A DNA stretch of 64,000 bases, from contig OZ244653.1 in the NCBI GenBank assembly GCA_965218795.1, positions 4,288,001 through 4,352,000 on the forward strand, in the 5' to 3' direction. Position 1 is the first letter of the stretch. Each line of letters begins with the position of its first letter. This DNA is from a bacterium. Its GTDB lineage: Bacteria; UBA8248; JACPRG01; G963555815. This document shows positions 30,493-42,104 of this stretch, in pieces. The notes under the pieces were generated by a model. That model was given only the letters and a program-made list of their open reading frames with translations. It had not been told where the DNA came from and did no database searches. The position numbers and the translations under genes are program-made.

Positions 30493-32564
30493 TCAGGACG
30501 ACGGCCTTCCGATTCCACCGGTTCATCCGCCTCGATCGGAGGTTCCACGGCGGCCGAATCCGACTCCGGGGAGGGCAGGTTGTCCATCGCCCTTTCTTTG
30601 ACCGACCGGGCCAGCGTCTCGTTCATGTGCGGAATTCCCGCGAGCTGCTCGATACCGGCTTCACGAATCTGGTCGATACTCCCGAAGTAGCGCAGGAGGG
30701 AGCGCCGCCGGGCCGGGCCGATCCCTTCGACTTCGTCGAGGATGGAGCGCAGGCGCTCTTTGCCGCGCCGCTTCCGGTGAAACTGGATGGCGAAGCGATG
30801 GGTCTCGTCCCGGACGCGTTGGAGGAGATACCGGACGGGGGAGTCCGGCAGAAGCGGAATGGGGTCCGGGTGATCAGGGAGGAATATCATGTCGTTTCGA
30901 CCCCGCCGATCGCCTCCCTTGGCCATCGCGATGACCGGCAGCCGCTGAAGGGCCAGTTCCTCCAGCACCCGGAGCGCCACGTTCAGCTGGCCTTTCCCTC
31001 CATCCACCAGGATGAGGCTCGGCCACGGTCCGCCTTCGGCCAGAGCCCGGCGGAACCTCCGTTCCAGGACTTCGGCCATCATGGCGTAATCGTCCGGGGC
31101 GTTTTGGCTCTGAATGATGTAACGCCGGTATTCGTCTTTCTCGGGCTTTCCATCGCGGAAGACCACCATGCACGCGACCGCGTCCGTGCCCTGCAGGTTG
31201 GAAATATCAAACGCCTCGATGCGGCGCGGGAGCTCCGCAAGGCGGAGGACGTCCCGAAGCTCGCTCAGCAATTCCTCACCCGCCGGACCCTCCACTTCGG
31301 GATTTTCGAGAAAGTGCCGGGCGTTGTCCGAGGCCATGCGGACAAGACGGGCCTTGTCCCCCCGCTGCGGAACAGTCAGAACCACCCGCTTGCCGCGGAG
31401 GGTCGTCAGCCAATCGCCGATGAGGCCCGAATCCTCGATGGGGAACGGCAACAGAACCTCCCGGGGAATAAAGGCGCCCCGGGCGTAATATTGCTTGAGA
31501 AAGGATTCCACCAGGTCCGCGTCCGGCTCCGGGGCGGGGAACTTGAAGTCATACCCCTTGTCGCCCAGAACCTTTCCTCCGCGAACAAAGAAGACGTGGA
31601 TCCGCGCGCGGTCTCCGAACCGGTGGAGCCCGATCACGTCCTGGTCTCCCAGATCCGTCGATACGATCCGCTGCCGCTGGAGGCTCCGCTCCACAGAACG
31701 GATCTGGTCCCGGTACATCGCGGCCTGCTCGTAGCGAAGCTCCTCCGAAGCGGATCGCATTCTCTCTTCCAGGTTGTGGACCAGCTCCTGGTCGCGGCCT
31801 TTCAGGAACAGGCCCACGCGCTCCACCAGGGCGTCATACTCCCCGGAGGTACAGTAGCCGACACACGGCGCGATGCAGCGCTTCATCTCGTATTCCAGGC
31901 ATGGGCGGTCGCGCCGGCCGTCCATCGGCTCCTCGCAGGAACGGATGGGAAAGACCTTATGGATCGTCCGCAGGGTCCGCCGAATGGATTTGGCCGAAAC
32001 GTAGGGACCGAAGTAGGAGGCTCCATCCTTCCCGACCCGCCGGACGATCTCCAGGCGCGGATAATCTTCATGCGTCGTGAAGCGCAGGTAAGGGAAGTGC
32101 TTATCGTCGCGGAGGACGACGTTGTACTTGGGCCGGTGACGCTTGATGTAATTGCTTTCGAGGATGAGGGCCTCCACCTCGCTGGCCGTGACGATGTAGT
32201 CCAGGGACTGGATCTGTTCGACCAGTTTTTGAATGCGCGGGGAGAGATGGGCGGAGGGCGCGAAGTAGGAGCGGACGCGATGCCTGAGGGACTTGGCCTT
32301 CCCGACATAGAGGACCTTCTGCTTATCGTTGCGCATCATATAGATGCCGGGAGAGGCGGGCAGCCCTTCGCCCAGGCGGTCCCGCCCGGCCACCTGCGTC
32401 CCGACTGTTTTCGATTCGACCTTCTTGGCGCTCACGGCACTCAACCTGCCGTTCGGGTTCGCTGACTGCGGCGTGTCAAGACCCGTCCCCGGGTCGCTCT
32501 CGATTCGTATCGAGCCATCACACGGTCCGGATGCCCCGGGCGGACCGGCCGGCCCGTCTCGCAT
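30489..32564 (-). CDS. uvrC: Excinuclease ABC subunit C
   Basis: GIY..YVGKAK, FDISN, DGGKGQL, RDETHRFA and HhH motifs; true start probably about 130 nt downstream of the ORF start. Confidence 0.95.
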   Translation of the reverse strand: MRDGPAGPPGASGPCDGSIRIESDPGTGLDTPQSANPNGRLSAVSAKKVESKTVGTQVAGRDRLGEGLPASPGIYMMRNDKQKVLYVGKAKSLRHRVRSYFAPSAHLSPRIQKLVEQIQSLDYIVTASEVEALILESNYIKRHRPKYNVVLRDDKHFPYLRFTTHEDYPRLEIVRRVGKDGASYFGPYVSAKSIRRTLRTIHKVFPIRSCEEPMDGRRDRPCLEYEMKRCIAPCVGYCTSGEYDALVERVGLFLKGRDQELVHNLEERMRSASEELRYEQAAMYRDQIRSVERSLQRQRIVSTDLGDQDVIGLHRFGDRARIHVFFVRGGKVLGDKGYDFKFPAPEPDADLVESFLKQYYARGAFIPREVLLPFPIEDSGLIGDWLTTLRGKRVVLTVPQRGDKARLVRMASDNARHFLENPEVEGPAGEELLSELRDVLRLAELPRRIEAFDISNLQGTDAVACMVVFRDGKPEKDEYRRYIIQSQNAPDDYAMMAEVLERRFRRALAEGGPWPSLILVDGGKGQLNVALRVLEELALQRLPVIAMAKGGDRRGRNDMIFLPDHPDPIPLLPDSPVRYLLQRVRDETHRFAIQFHRKRRGKERLRSILDEVEGIGPARRRSLLRYFGSIDQIREAGIEQLAGIPHMNETLARSVKERAMDNLPSPESDSAAVEPPIEADEPVESEGRRPE

Positions 32565-32576
32565 AACCTTTCTGAC

Positions 32577-34583
32577 CTAAACGGTAACCCCCAACTCACG
32601 CTTTTCAAGTACGGCGATTCGGTCCCGAAGCTCGGCGGCCTTTTCGAACTCCAGTCGTTGGGCCGCGGCGAGCATCTCCTCCCGAAGCTTCGCAATCCGA
32701 TTTTCGACGGCCTCGGGAGATGTGGAAGCGTAGTAAGGGGCCTCCTCCTCGGCGGCCCGGGAAGCGGACAGGTAGTCCCGCTGGGACACATCGCCCAAGA
32801 CCTCGTTGATGTTTCGGACGATGGTCCGCGGGGTGATGCCATGCTCCCGGTTGTAGACCTCCTGGATTTCCCGCCTCCGGCGGGTTTCCGAAATCGCGGC
32901 CTCCATGGAACGGGTCATTTGATCGGCGTACAGGATGACCGTCCCATGGACGTTCCGCGCCGCGCGTCCGCTCGTCTGGATGAGCGAGGTTTCCGACCGC
33001 AGATATCCTTCCTTGTCGGCGTCCAGAACGGCCACCAGCGAAACCTCGGGAATGTCCAACCCCTCGCGGAGCAGGTTGATACCGATCAAGACGTCGAACT
33101 CACCCAGCCGGAGCTCCCGGATGATGGCCACACGTTCCAGCGTATCGATATCCGAATGCAAATAGCGCACCCGCACACCGGCCTCCTGGTAGAACTCCGC
33201 CAACTCTTCGGCGAACCGCTTGGTGAGCGTCGTCACGAGCACCCGCTCGCCGGTCTCGGCCCTTTCCCGGATGGCGCCCAACAGGTCGTCCACCTGCCCG
33301 CGAACGGGGCGGATCTCCATGATCGGGTCCATCAGGCCGGTCGGCCGGATGATTTGCTCGGTGACGAGCCCGCCGCTGATCTGAAGCTCGTACGGGCCGG
33401 GCGTCGCCGAGACGTAAATCGCATGAGGAATTCTCGCTTCGAATTCGTCATAGCTGAGCGGGCGGTTGTCCAGGGCGGAAGGGAGGCGGAATCCGTGAGC
33501 CACCAGGGTTTCCTTGCGCGAGCGGTCGCCGGCGTACATGCCCCGGAACTGTGGAACGGTTACATGGCCCTCATCGATAATGTAGAGCGATTCCGGCGGA
33601 AAATAATCCAGGAGGGTATGGGGCGGCTCGCCGGCCTGGCGACCCTCCAAGTGGCGGGAGTAATTCTCGACGCCGTTGCAATAGCCCACCTCGCGAAACA
33701 TTTCCAGATCGAACTTGGTCCGTTGCTCCAGGCGCTGGGCCTCCAGGTACTTGTCCTCCCGCTTGAGCTCCGCCAGACGTTCGTCCATTTCTTCTTCGAT
33801 GCCGATCAGTGCGCGCTCCAGGCGATCTTCGGGTGTGACGTAATGGCTGCTTGGGTAGATATCGACTGATTTCCGCTTGCGAACGGTCGTCCCGCGGAGG
33901 GGATCGATATCGCTGATCGCTTCAATCTCATCGCCGAAGAACTCGATCCGGAGTGCGTCCTCCGTCTCATAGGCGGGGATGATCTCGACCACGTCTCCCC
34001 GCACCCGAAAGGTGCCGCGCTTGAACTCGATATCGTTCCGTTGGTACTGGATCTGCACCAAGCGGGTCAGGATTTCGTCGCGATCGATTCGTTGCCCGCT
34101 CTCCAGGTAGATGTGCATGCCGTGGTAGGTCTCCGGCGATCCCAGTCCATAGATGCAGGAGACGCTCGCCACCATGATGACATCGCGCCGGGTCAGGAGC
34201 GAGAAGGTGGCGGAGTGCCTGAGCTTGTCCAGCTCATCGTTGATGGAAGCGTCCTTGTCGATGTAGGTGTCCGTGCTCGGCACGTACGCCTCGGGCTGGT
34301 AGTAGTCGTAATAGCTGACGAAGTACTCCACGGCGTTGTGGGGGAAGAAGGTCCGGAACTCGTTGTAGAGCTGGGCGGCCAGGGTTTTGTTGGGCGCGAC
34401 CACAAGGGCCGGTTTGCCCAAGGCGGCGATGACGTTCGCCATGGTGAACGTCTTGCCGGATCCGGTGACCCCCAGGAGGACCTGGTGACGCACGCCCTCC
34501 TCCAGGTTGCGGAGGAGGCTCTCGATGGCCTGCGGCTGATCGCCGGTGGGCTCGAAGTCGGAGACGAGTTGAAATTCATTCAT
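32577..34583 (-). CDS. uvrB: Excinuclease ABC subunit B
   Basis: [22 protein letters not shown] and C-terminal UVR domain. Confidence 0.97.
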   Translation of the reverse strand: MNEFQLVSDFEPTGDQPQAIESLLRNLEEGVRHQVLLGVTGSGKTFTMANVIAALGKPALVVAPNKTLAAQLYNEFRTFFPHNAVEYFVSYYDYYQPEAYVPSTDTYIDKDASINDELDKLRHSATFSLLTRRDVIMVASVSCIYGLGSPETYHGMHIYLESGQRIDRDEILTRLVQIQYQRNDIEFKRGTFRVRGDVVEIIPAYETEDALRIEFFGDEIEAISDIDPLRGTTVRKRKSVDIYPSSHYVTPEDRLERALIGIEEEMDERLAELKREDKYLEAQRLEQRTKFDLEMFREVGYCNGVENYSRHLEGRQAGEPPHTLLDYFPPESLYIIDEGHVTVPQFRGMYAGDRSRKETLVAHGFRLPSALDNRPLSYDEFEARIPHAIYVSATPGPYELQISGGLVTEQIIRPTGLMDPIMEIRPVRGQVDDLLGAIRERAETGERVLVTTLTKRFAEELAEFYQEAGVRVRYLHSDIDTLERVAIIRELRLGEFDVLIGINLLREGLDIPEVSLVAVLDADKEGYLRSETSLIQTSGRAARNVHGTVILYADQMTRSMEAAISETRRRREIQEVYNREHGITPRTIVRNINEVLGDVSQRDYLSASRAAEEEAPYYASTSPEAVENRIAKLREEMLAAAQRLEFEKAAELRDRIAVLEKRELGVTV

Positions 34584-34652
34584 GGCAGAAGGAATTGCCG
34601 AGGAGAAGGAAACGCCGTTGGACAAAGCCGCACGGGGACGCAGTTTCCCCGC

Positions 34653-35207
34653 TTACTTGGCCTGGGGGCGATACGGCTCGATGTACTTTTTCCAGGTATC
34701 GAGGGTCGATGACTGGATTGCGCTGGCCACGTACTGGTGAAACAGGAAGAAGGGCCGATGCGGATTGCGGAGCAACCGCATCCCGCTGTCCTGGACCGTT
34801 CGGTTTCCCTTCTCGGAGTTACAGGGCTGACAGGCAGCGACGACGTTCTCCCAGTTCGTATGTCCGCCCCGGGACCGGGGGACGATATGATCGATGGTCA
34901 GCCCCTTGCCGCGCTTGCCGCAGTACTGACAGGTGAAGTGATCCCGGCGGAAGACGTTCCGCTTGCTGAAGGTGACCTCTCCCCGACGAGGGATGCGCAC
35001 GAATCGTTGAAGACGGATGACGCTCGGCAGGGGAAGGGAAAGACGGTAGGAACGGATCAAAAAGCCATCCTCCTCCACCGTCTCGGCCCGGCCACCGAGA
35101 ATCATTGTAACGGCGCGGCGTCCCGAGCAAATGTGGAGCGGCTCATAGCTCCGATTCAGTACCAATACCCAAAGAGAATTGAGATCCGGTGTTGTCACGT
35201 GAACCAA
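34653..35207 (-). CDS. HNH endonuclease (McrA-like)
   Basis: VLVLNRSYEP, CQYCG, TIDHIVPRSRGG and WENVVAAC..CN motifs. Confidence 0.9.
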   Translation of the reverse strand: MVHVTTPDLNSLWVLVLNRSYEPLHICSGRRAVTMILGGRAETVEEDGFLIRSYRLSLPLPSVIRLQRFVRIPRRGEVTFSKRNVFRRDHFTCQYCGKRGKGLTIDHIVPRSRGGHTNWENVVAACQPCNSEKGNRTVQDSGMRLLRNPHRPFFLFHQYVASAIQSSTLDTWKKYIEPYRPQAK

Positions 35208-35369
35208 TCCGGTGCAAATTCATCCTAACGATAAGGCCCGGATCGGGCGGTGTCAACGCGGCGACCGCACGGGCCATTCAGGCGGGATTCAGCCGCCCCT
35301 TTCTGAATCCGGGGGGCGGATCGAGGTTGACGGCATTCAACGCCGGGTGATTGGGCGCGTCGTCGCGGG

Positions 35370-37583
35370 ATGCGGGAGGCCCATCGTTTGAAAATCCGGT
35401 TCCGGTTTCTTTTCTTCCTGCCCCTGGTGATCGCCGTCGGCGTCGGCACCACCATCGGACTCTTGTTTGCCCAGTTCGAAGGCCTTCCCGATGTCCAGGA
35501 CCTGGAGCGGTACCGCCCGAGCACCATCACCAGGATCTACGATCGGAGCGAAAACCTTCTGGCCGAATTCTATATCGAGCGACGCATTGTCGTCCCCCTC
35601 CACCGGATTCCCAAGCACCTTGTGGAAGCCACCTTGGCGATCGAGGACAGTCATTTCTATAACCACATGGGAATCGACTTCAAGGGGATCATCCGGGCCT
35701 TTTACCGTAATCTCCGGGCCGGCCGTATCGTCCAGGGAGGAAGCACGATCACGCAACAGCTGGCCAAGGTTCTGTTCCTGACGCCCCAGCGAAGTCTGAC
35801 CCGGAAGATCAAGGAGGCCCTGCTGGCACTGCGGATTGAACGGGCGTACAGCAAAGAGGAGATCCTCGCGCTGTATTTCAATCAGATTTATCTGGGGAGC
35901 GGGGCGTACGGTGTGGAAGCCGCCGCACGGACGTATTTCGACAAAGGGGTGGAAAACGTTTCGCTGGGCGAGGCAGCGCTTCTGGCCGCTTTGCCGAAGG
36001 CCCCCTCCTCCCTGTCCCCGATCCGGTATCCGGAACGCGCCCTGCGGAGGCGAAACATCGTCCTGGAGCGGATGCACAAGCTCGGATTCATCTCCGAAGA
36101 GCAGGCGCAGGAGGCTATCAAGGCCTCCCTTCTGATCGTCCCTGAAAAGCCGACCGAGACGTCCGGGCCCCATTTCGTAGAGCACGTTCGCCGCGAACTC
36201 CAGGAAATGTTCGGGAACCGGGATTTGTACCGGAAGGGTTTGAGGGTCTATACGACGCTGGATCTGAACCTGCAGCGGGCCGCCCGCGCGGCCATGCTGA
36301 AGGGCCTGACGGAAGTCGACCGCCGCCGGGGGTTTATGAAGCGTCCCGCTCCGCCTGCGGCCGGTCCCCTGGCGCCCCTGCCTGCGAAGGGCGCCCGGAT
36401 TATGGGCACCGTCACCCGGATTGACGGGAAGCGTGTCTCGGGAACCTTCGGGGGCCTCTCCGCGGGCATTACACCGCCGAACCCGAAATGGGCCGAAAAT
36501 CTTTCCGTCGGGGATCCGCTTCTCGTTCAGGTTGAATCCGTTGATGTGGAGAAACGCAAGGTCGAATTGAGGCCGGTCGGCCGAACGGAGGGCGCCCTGA
36601 TCGCATTGGATGTCAAAACCGGAGCCATCCGGGCCATGGTGGGCGGCCGGGATTTCGAAAAGAGCGAATTCAACCGCGCCATCCAGGCCCAACGCCAGCC
36701 GGGATCCTCCTTCAAGCCCTTTATCTATGCGGCCGCTTTGCAAAAAGGCTCTCGACCCAACGACATTGTGGTCGATGCTCCCGTTTCCTATTGGGATCCC
36801 GTGCGAAAGAAGATGTGGAAGCCCACGAATTATGAGAAGCGGTTTTTCGGGCGAGTGACCCTTCAGCGATCGCTGGAGCATTCCATCAACGTCGCGACCA
36901 TCCGATTGCTGGACCAAGTGGGCACCCGAAGGGTCGCCGCGTTCGTGAAGCGTCTCGGTATTCGAAGCCCTGTTGAGCCCTACCTGTCCATAGCTCTGGG
37001 GACATCGGTCGTCACCGTGCAGGAAATGGTCTCAGCCTACGCCACCCTCGCCAACTCCGGACTCCGGACGGAACCCCATACGATCCAACGTGTGGAGACG
37101 GCCGATGGCCGCACATTGTTCGAGCGGGAAGCGCGCTTCTCGCGCGCCATGGATGCCGAGAACGCTTATCTGATGACTCATATGATGCGAGGGGTCATTC
37201 AGCGGGGGACGGGACGGAAGGCGAAGGTTCTCAAGGCGGCCCTCGCCGGAAAGACCGGCACGACCGATGAATTCAAAGACGCTTGGTTTATCGGGTTCTC
37301 TCCGAGCCTGGCCCTCGGTGTGTGGGTGGGCGTGGATACCAACGAATCCCTGGGGCACGGTGAAACCGGCGCGCGGGCCGCGCTTCCCATATGGATTGAC
37401 ACCATGAGGATCTGGACGCAGGAACACCCGGATGAGCAATTCCCCGTACCCGCGGATATTCGCCTCGTCGATGTGGACAGCCGGACAGGTCTGCTGGCGG
37501 CAGCCCCCTGCAGGCGGTTTGCCATCCGGATTGCCTTGAAGAAAGGGACCGAGCCAGTACGCCCCTGCGGCTCTCCTCCGTGA
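35370..37583 (+). CDS. mrcA: Class A penicillin-binding protein (PBP1A)
   Basis: EDSHF..H.G and GGSTITQQL (glycosyltransferase); SSFK, SIN and KTG (transpeptidase). Confidence 0.9.
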   Translation: MREAHRLKIRFRFLFFLPLVIAVGVGTTIGLLFAQFEGLPDVQDLERYRPSTITRIYDRSENLLAEFYIERRIVVPLHRIPKHLVEATLAIEDSHFYNHMGIDFKGIIRAFYRNLRAGRIVQGGSTITQQLAKVLFLTPQRSLTRKIKEALLALRIERAYSKEEILALYFNQIYLGSGAYGVEAAARTYFDKGVENVSLGEAALLAALPKAPSSLSPIRYPERALRRRNIVLERMHKLGFISEEQAQEAIKASLLIVPEKPTETSGPHFVEHVRRELQEMFGNRDLYRKGLRVYTTLDLNLQRAARAAMLKGLTEVDRRRGFMKRPAPPAAGPLAPLPAKGARIMGTVTRIDGKRVSGTFGGLSAGITPPNPKWAENLSVGDPLLVQVESVDVEKRKVELRPVGRTEGALIALDVKTGAIRAMVGGRDFEKSEFNRAIQAQRQPGSSFKPFIYAAALQKGSRPNDIVVDAPVSYWDPVRKKMWKPTNYEKRFFGRVTLQRSLEHSINVATIRLLDQVGTRRVAAFVKRLGIRSPVEPYLSIALGTSVVTVQEMVSAYATLANSGLRTEPHTIQRVETADGRTLFEREARFSRAMDAENAYLMTHMMRGVIQRGTGRKAKVLKAALAGKTGTTDEFKDAWFIGFSPSLALGVWVGVDTNESLGHGETGARAALPIWIDTMRIWTQEHPDEQFPVPADIRLVDVDSRTGLLAAAPCRRFAIRIALKKGTEPVRPCGSPP

Positions 37584-37910
37584 TCCCGGTTCTCTTGCCG
37601 ACGGAATTCGTCCCTCGAAAGGGGCAATCAAAGGGTGGAATCCCATCGGATCAGAGATGCCGAGGGATCATTTTTTTGTTCAGATTCGCTGAAAATCGTG
37701 TAAAATTTCATTCAAGCCCAAAGGAAAAAGGGCAGAACCCATTCTCCTGTCCTGTGGCCTTGATTAAGATACTGGATTCCCTTGAGAAAGAAGGGGAAAT
37801 CCGGAAGCCTGCGGCGAAAAAAAATCTTGTCAGCCGCCTTCGGATGTACTAGTTAGGATAGACAAAGTTAAACACTGCCTTAACGGACTTGAAGATCCGT
37901 TTGTGATGGT

Positions 37911-38339
37911 TTGGCCGTAAGAATCGAGGATATACCCGTGCGCGAATCCGGATCAGCTCGAATCCTTATCCTTGAGCAATCCTCGAGGTCACGCGAAGCC
38001 ATTCGCTCAATCCTCAGGCAAGAATCTTATGAGGCCGATACCGCGGTGACGGCCCAAGACGCTCTGGATATGATTGCCGGCGAACAATACGATGTGCTCG
38101 TGACGGATATGCCGCTTTCTTCGATGGGACGTTCGGGGTGGCTCCACAGCGGCCCGACCGAGGCTGCCGAAATTCCCGTGGTGGCTATTGTCGGAGCCCA
38201 GGACCGGGGCAACGAACCGGATCCTTTGCCGGATCAGGTCAAGGTGGTCTTGAGCACCCCGGTTCGGAAGGGAGAGCTGCTTGCGGCGGTCCGGGAAGCT
38301 CTCTGTATCGGACCCGAGCACAGCCTGTTTTCCCGATAG
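37911..38339 (+). CDS. Stand-alone response-regulator receiver domain, atypical
   Basis: CheY-like pattern RILILE..., YDVLVTD, PVVAI, P....EL. Confidence 0.65.
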   Translation: MAVRIEDIPVRESGSARILILEQSSRSREAIRSILRQESYEADTAVTAQDALDMIAGEQYDVLVTDMPLSSMGRSGWLHSGPTEAAEIPVVAIVGAQDRGNEPDPLPDQVKVVLSTPVRKGELLAAVREALCIGPEHSLFSR

Positions 38340-38508
38340 GGCCGGCCCCGGCCCCGGATCGACAGCCTGCATCAAAGAAGCCGGGCCAGGAGCCCCGCTT
38401 CTCCAGTCTTCTTGTTTCAACCCGGATCAATGACCCTGGGCCTCCGAATCGTCGTGGTGGTGCAAGTGTAGGGGCCGTGAAGCCTGTCAGGGGGAAGGGA
38501 GTCTGGCG

Positions 38509-39696
38509 GTGGACAAGGCGGTTATCGTTGAGGCTGTGAGGACTCCAATCGGTCGCGACCGGGGCTCCCTGAAAGGCTTCGATGTGGACGAGCTGGCCTC
38601 GCTGGTGTTGTCCGAAGTCGTCCGGCGGGCGGATTTTGATCCGTCGGCGCTTGACGACGTCATGGTCGGCGTCTCGAATCAGGCGGCGCGCGCCAAGAAC
38701 ATCGCCCGGGTGGCGCTGCTCCGCGCCGGGTTTCCCGCCTCCATCCCCGGAACCACGATCACGCGGCTCTGCGGTTCGGGTCTGCAAGCCATTCATTTCG
38801 CCGCCATGGCGATCGAAACCGATCAAGCCGAGGCCATCGTGGCCGGGGGTGCCGAGAGCATGACCCGAACACCTTATATCCTCGAGAAAATTCCTTCGTC
38901 CTACGCGCGCGGGGACCGGACCCTGATGGACGCCTTCACGGGAACGGTGACCGCACCCGACGGGATGCACGTGGCCAACGGGATCACCGCGGAAAAAGTA
39001 GCCCGCCAGTACGGCGTGAGCCGCGAGGACCAGGACCGGTACGCCTATCACTCGCACATGCGGGCCAAATCCGCCATCGAAGACGGCCGGTTCCAAGAGG
39101 AGATCGTCCCGGTCGAAGTGCCGCCTGAGACGAAGCGCGGAGAAGCGGTTCGTTTTGAGACGGATGAGCACGTCCGGTTCGACACGACCCTGGAAAAACT
39201 GGCGTCGCTCCGTCCCGCCTTCGAGGAAGGCGGGACCGTGACCGCCGGGAACTCCTCGGGCATCAACGACGGCGCGGCGGCCGTTCTGATCATGAGCGCC
39301 GACCGGGCCAAGGCGGAGGGCTATGAACCCCTGGCGCGGGTCCGCGGGACCGGTGTGGCGGGCACCGACCCGGATATCATGGGGATGGGCCCTATCCATT
39401 CGACGCCCAAGGCCCTCCGGGCGGCGGAAGTTGAGATGGGCGACATCGACCTGGTGGAATTGAACGAAGCGTTCGCCTCCCAGGTGCTGGCCTGCGCGCG
39501 GGTCCTGGAAATTGATCCGGAAGATATGAACGTCAATGGCGGAGGCATATCGATCGGGCACCCCCTGGGCGCAACGGGGGCGCGGATGATGGCCACCCTC
39601 CTCCATGAGATGAAGCGGCGGGACGTGAATCTCGGTCTTGCCACGATGTGCATCGGCGGCGGACAGGGGATCACAAGCGTCGTCGAAAGGGCCTGA
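38509..39696 (+). CDS. Acetyl-CoA C-acyltransferase (thiolase)
   Basis: RLCGSG, NEAFA, GHPLGATG and CIGGGQG motifs. Confidence 0.95.
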   Translation: MDKAVIVEAVRTPIGRDRGSLKGFDVDELASLVLSEVVRRADFDPSALDDVMVGVSNQAARAKNIARVALLRAGFPASIPGTTITRLCGSGLQAIHFAAMAIETDQAEAIVAGGAESMTRTPYILEKIPSSYARGDRTLMDAFTGTVTAPDGMHVANGITAEKVARQYGVSREDQDRYAYHSHMRAKSAIEDGRFQEEIVPVEVPPETKRGEAVRFETDEHVRFDTTLEKLASLRPAFEEGGTVTAGNSSGINDGAAAVLIMSADRAKAEGYEPLARVRGTGVAGTDPDIMGMGPIHSTPKALRAAEVEMGDIDLVELNEAFASQVLACARVLEIDPEDMNVNGGGISIGHPLGATGARMMATLLHEMKRRDVNLGLATMCIGGGQGITSVVERA

Positions 39697-39851
39697 ACCT
39701 TCCGCATCTCCTGTGGTCTCCAGTCGAAGCCCTCTGCGCGCTCCCATCGAATTTCGGTTGAATCCGCGGCTTCAACGGCCTAACATAAGCCTCCAGGCCG
39801 AGATCGTACCCCCCTGCCAATCCCGTATGGATCCCTTGGGAGTTCAAAGCA

Positions 39852-40433
39852 ATGGACTGGTCTCTTTTCAGGAGTATTCTGGAAGCCGTCATGATCCTGG
39901 CGGTCCTTCCCGCCGCCGCCGTCTACCTGCTCAGAATCCAGAAGCGTAATGTGGAAGTCCAGCGACGCCTTCTGGAGGAAAAGGATGCCGCCCTCAAGAC
40001 GGCTGAATCATCGTTACGGGAGACCGAGAACGAACTGGCGGCGCTCCAGGACCGGTTTCACGCCTTCACGGAGGAAGTCGCCGCGCGCAACCGCCAGGCA
40101 TGGGCCCGGTTTCTGGAAGAGGAGTCCGCCGTCGTGAAGGCCTCCCATCAGCGGGGCGGCGGCGTCCTGAGGGAGCGATTCGAGGGGTTCAGTGAGCGAC
40201 TGACTTCGGTCCAGCGGGAGCTTGACGGCTTTCGCAGTGACCTGTTGGTGACCTATGACGGCTTTTTCCAAGAGCGGGAGAAATCCCTCGAAGCGAGGGG
40301 CATGCCACCGTTTGTCCAGGCGGAATGGATGTCCGAGATGGAAACCGAGTATCGCGAAGGAACGTCCGGCGAGGTGATCCCGTTCCCGCCCAAGGGGAAT
40401 GGCCCGTCGGATGATGAGGACACCCGGCCGTAA
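39852..40433 (+). CDS. Hypothetical membrane-anchored coiled-coil protein
   Basis: Hydrophobic N-terminal helix followed by a heptad-rich charged region; GGAG RBS. Confidence 0.65.
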   Translation: MDWSLFRSILEAVMILAVLPAAAVYLLRIQKRNVEVQRRLLEEKDAALKTAESSLRETENELAALQDRFHAFTEEVAARNRQAWARFLEEESAVVKASHQRGGGVLRERFEGFSERLTSVQRELDGFRSDLLVTYDGFFQEREKSLEARGMPPFVQAEWMSEMETEYREGTSGEVIPFPPKGNGPSDDEDTRP

Positions 40434-40595
40434 TATCGGTTGTCCGAGAAGGGCAGGTGGTTCAATCTTTCATGGATGGTTCCGGGTCCCGTCCGCCTCC
40501 GAACAGGCTCCGCGTGGGTCCTGCCGCCGTGGACAACCCAATTGAATGACAGGTAACTTCGCAAAAAGGCGACATGTCCGAGAAGGGTCTGCCGC

Positions 40596-41555
40596 ATGGT
40601 ACTGGAGCGGGCGAAAAAGGTATTGGAGGCCGAGGCGCGTGCCATTACGGACCTGATTCCGCGGCTGGATGAATCGTTCTCGCAGGCGATCGATCTGATC
40701 CTCGATTGTCGGGGCCGGGTCGTCATCAGCGGGATGGGGAAGTCAGGCATCGTGGGTCGGAAGATCGCTTCCACGCTGGCCAGCATCGGGATTCCCTCGC
40801 TCTTCCTTCACCCTGCCGAAGGCGCCCACGGCGACGCCGGGATGATGGCCGGGGGAGACGTGGTCATGGCTCTCTCCAATAGCGGGGAAACGAAAGAACT
40901 GGTGAATCTCCTCTCTTCCATCCGCGCGCTGAAGGTCCCGCTCATTTGCCTGACCGGCAATGCCCAATCCTCCTTGGCCCGGCACAGCGATGTCGTCCTG
41001 AATGTCGGCGTTGAGGAAGAAGCCTGCCCCCTCAATCTCGTGCCCACTTCCAGCACGGCCGCGGCGATGGCCATGGGGGATGCCCTGGCAATGACGCTGC
41101 TGGAGCGGAAAGGACTGGGCCCGGAAGAATACGCCCTCCACCATCCGGGAGGCAGCCTGGGCAACCGGCTGATCCTGCAGGTGAAGGATCTCCTTCGCAC
41201 CGGCGATGAGGTTCCGGTGGTTCAAGTCGAAACGCCGTTCAAGGATGTTATCTACGAAATTTCCTCCAAGCGGCTCGGGGTGACCACGGTGGCGGACAAA
41301 AGCGGCGGGCTCGCAGGAATCATCACGGATGGCGACGTCCGGCGGGCCTTGGAGCGCCATCAGAACGTTCTTGGAACCCGGGCGGAAGAAATCATGTCGA
41401 AGAAGCCGAAGAGTATCGACCCAACGGCCTTGGCCATTGAAGCCCTGCGGCTGATGGAACAGCACAGCATCACCTCATTGTTGACGTTGGATGAAGACCG
41501 AAGAACGACGGGCATCATTCATTTGCATGACATTCTGAAAGCGGGGATTCTCTGA
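40596..41555 (+). CDS. kdsD: Arabinose-5-phosphate isomerase (KpsF/GutQ family)
   Basis: GMGKSG, HPAEGAHGD, PTSST, HPGGSLG and a CBS pair. Confidence 0.93.
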   Translation: MVLERAKKVLEAEARAITDLIPRLDESFSQAIDLILDCRGRVVISGMGKSGIVGRKIASTLASIGIPSLFLHPAEGAHGDAGMMAGGDVVMALSNSGETKELVNLLSSIRALKVPLICLTGNAQSSLARHSDVVLNVGVEEEACPLNLVPTSSTAAAMAMGDALAMTLLERKGLGPEEYALHHPGGSLGNRLILQVKDLLRTGDEVPVVQVETPFKDVIYEISSKRLGVTTVADKSGGLAGIITDGDVRRALERHQNVLGTRAEEIMSKKPKSIDPTALAIEALRLMEQHSITSLLTLDEDRRTTGIIHLHDILKAGIL

Positions 41556-42104
41556 ATGGAGCTGCTCCCGCAGGAACGCGCGCGGAAAATCCGGCTCTTG
41601 ATACTGGATGTGGACGGCGTCCAGACGGACCGGGGTCTTTCCTACGGTGAGGACGGCGGCCCGGTGCGACGGTTCGATGTCCGCGACGGAACGGGAATCG
41701 TCCTGGCCCAGCAGGCGGGCATCGTCGTGGCCTTCGTCAGCGGAAAGGGTGCGCCCTCGATCCGCGCACGGGCTGACGAGCTGGAGGTGAAGGATGTCTA
41801 TGAAAACCTCCACGACAAGGTGAAGGCCTACGAAGAATTAAAGGTGAAGTACGGTGTCACCGACGAGGAGGTCGCTTACGTCGCGGACGATGTGATCGAT
41901 CTGGCCGTCTTGCAGAAAGTGGGGCTGCCCATCGCGGTTGCGGATGCGGCGGCCGAGGTCCTTGCGGTCGCCGCTCGGGTGACCATCCGTCCGGGAGGTC
42001 ACGGGGCCGTTCGGGAGGCCGTGGAATTCATCCTGCGCGCCCAGGAGAAATGGGGCGAAGCACTCAAGTTGCGATTCGGAGCGGAGCCGCTCCCCGGGGG
42101 ATGA
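41556..42104 (+). CDS. kdsC: KDO 8-phosphate phosphatase
   Basis: LDVDGV.TD, FDVRDG and GG.GAVRE motifs. Confidence 0.92.
   Translation: MELLPQERARKIRLLILDVDGVQTDRGLSYGEDGGPVRRFDVRDGTGIVLAQQAGIVVAFVSGKGAPSIRARADELEVKDVYENLHDKVKAYEELKVKYGVTDEEVAYVADDVIDLAVLQKVGLPIAVADAAAEVLAVAARVTIRPGGHGAVREAVEFILRAQEKWGEALKLRFGAEPLPGG

Noticed and set aside
34653-35207. HNH gene as part of a novel repair or defence system with uvrBC
   Set aside because: It belongs to a widespread stand-alone HNH family; adjacency alone is not enough evidence.
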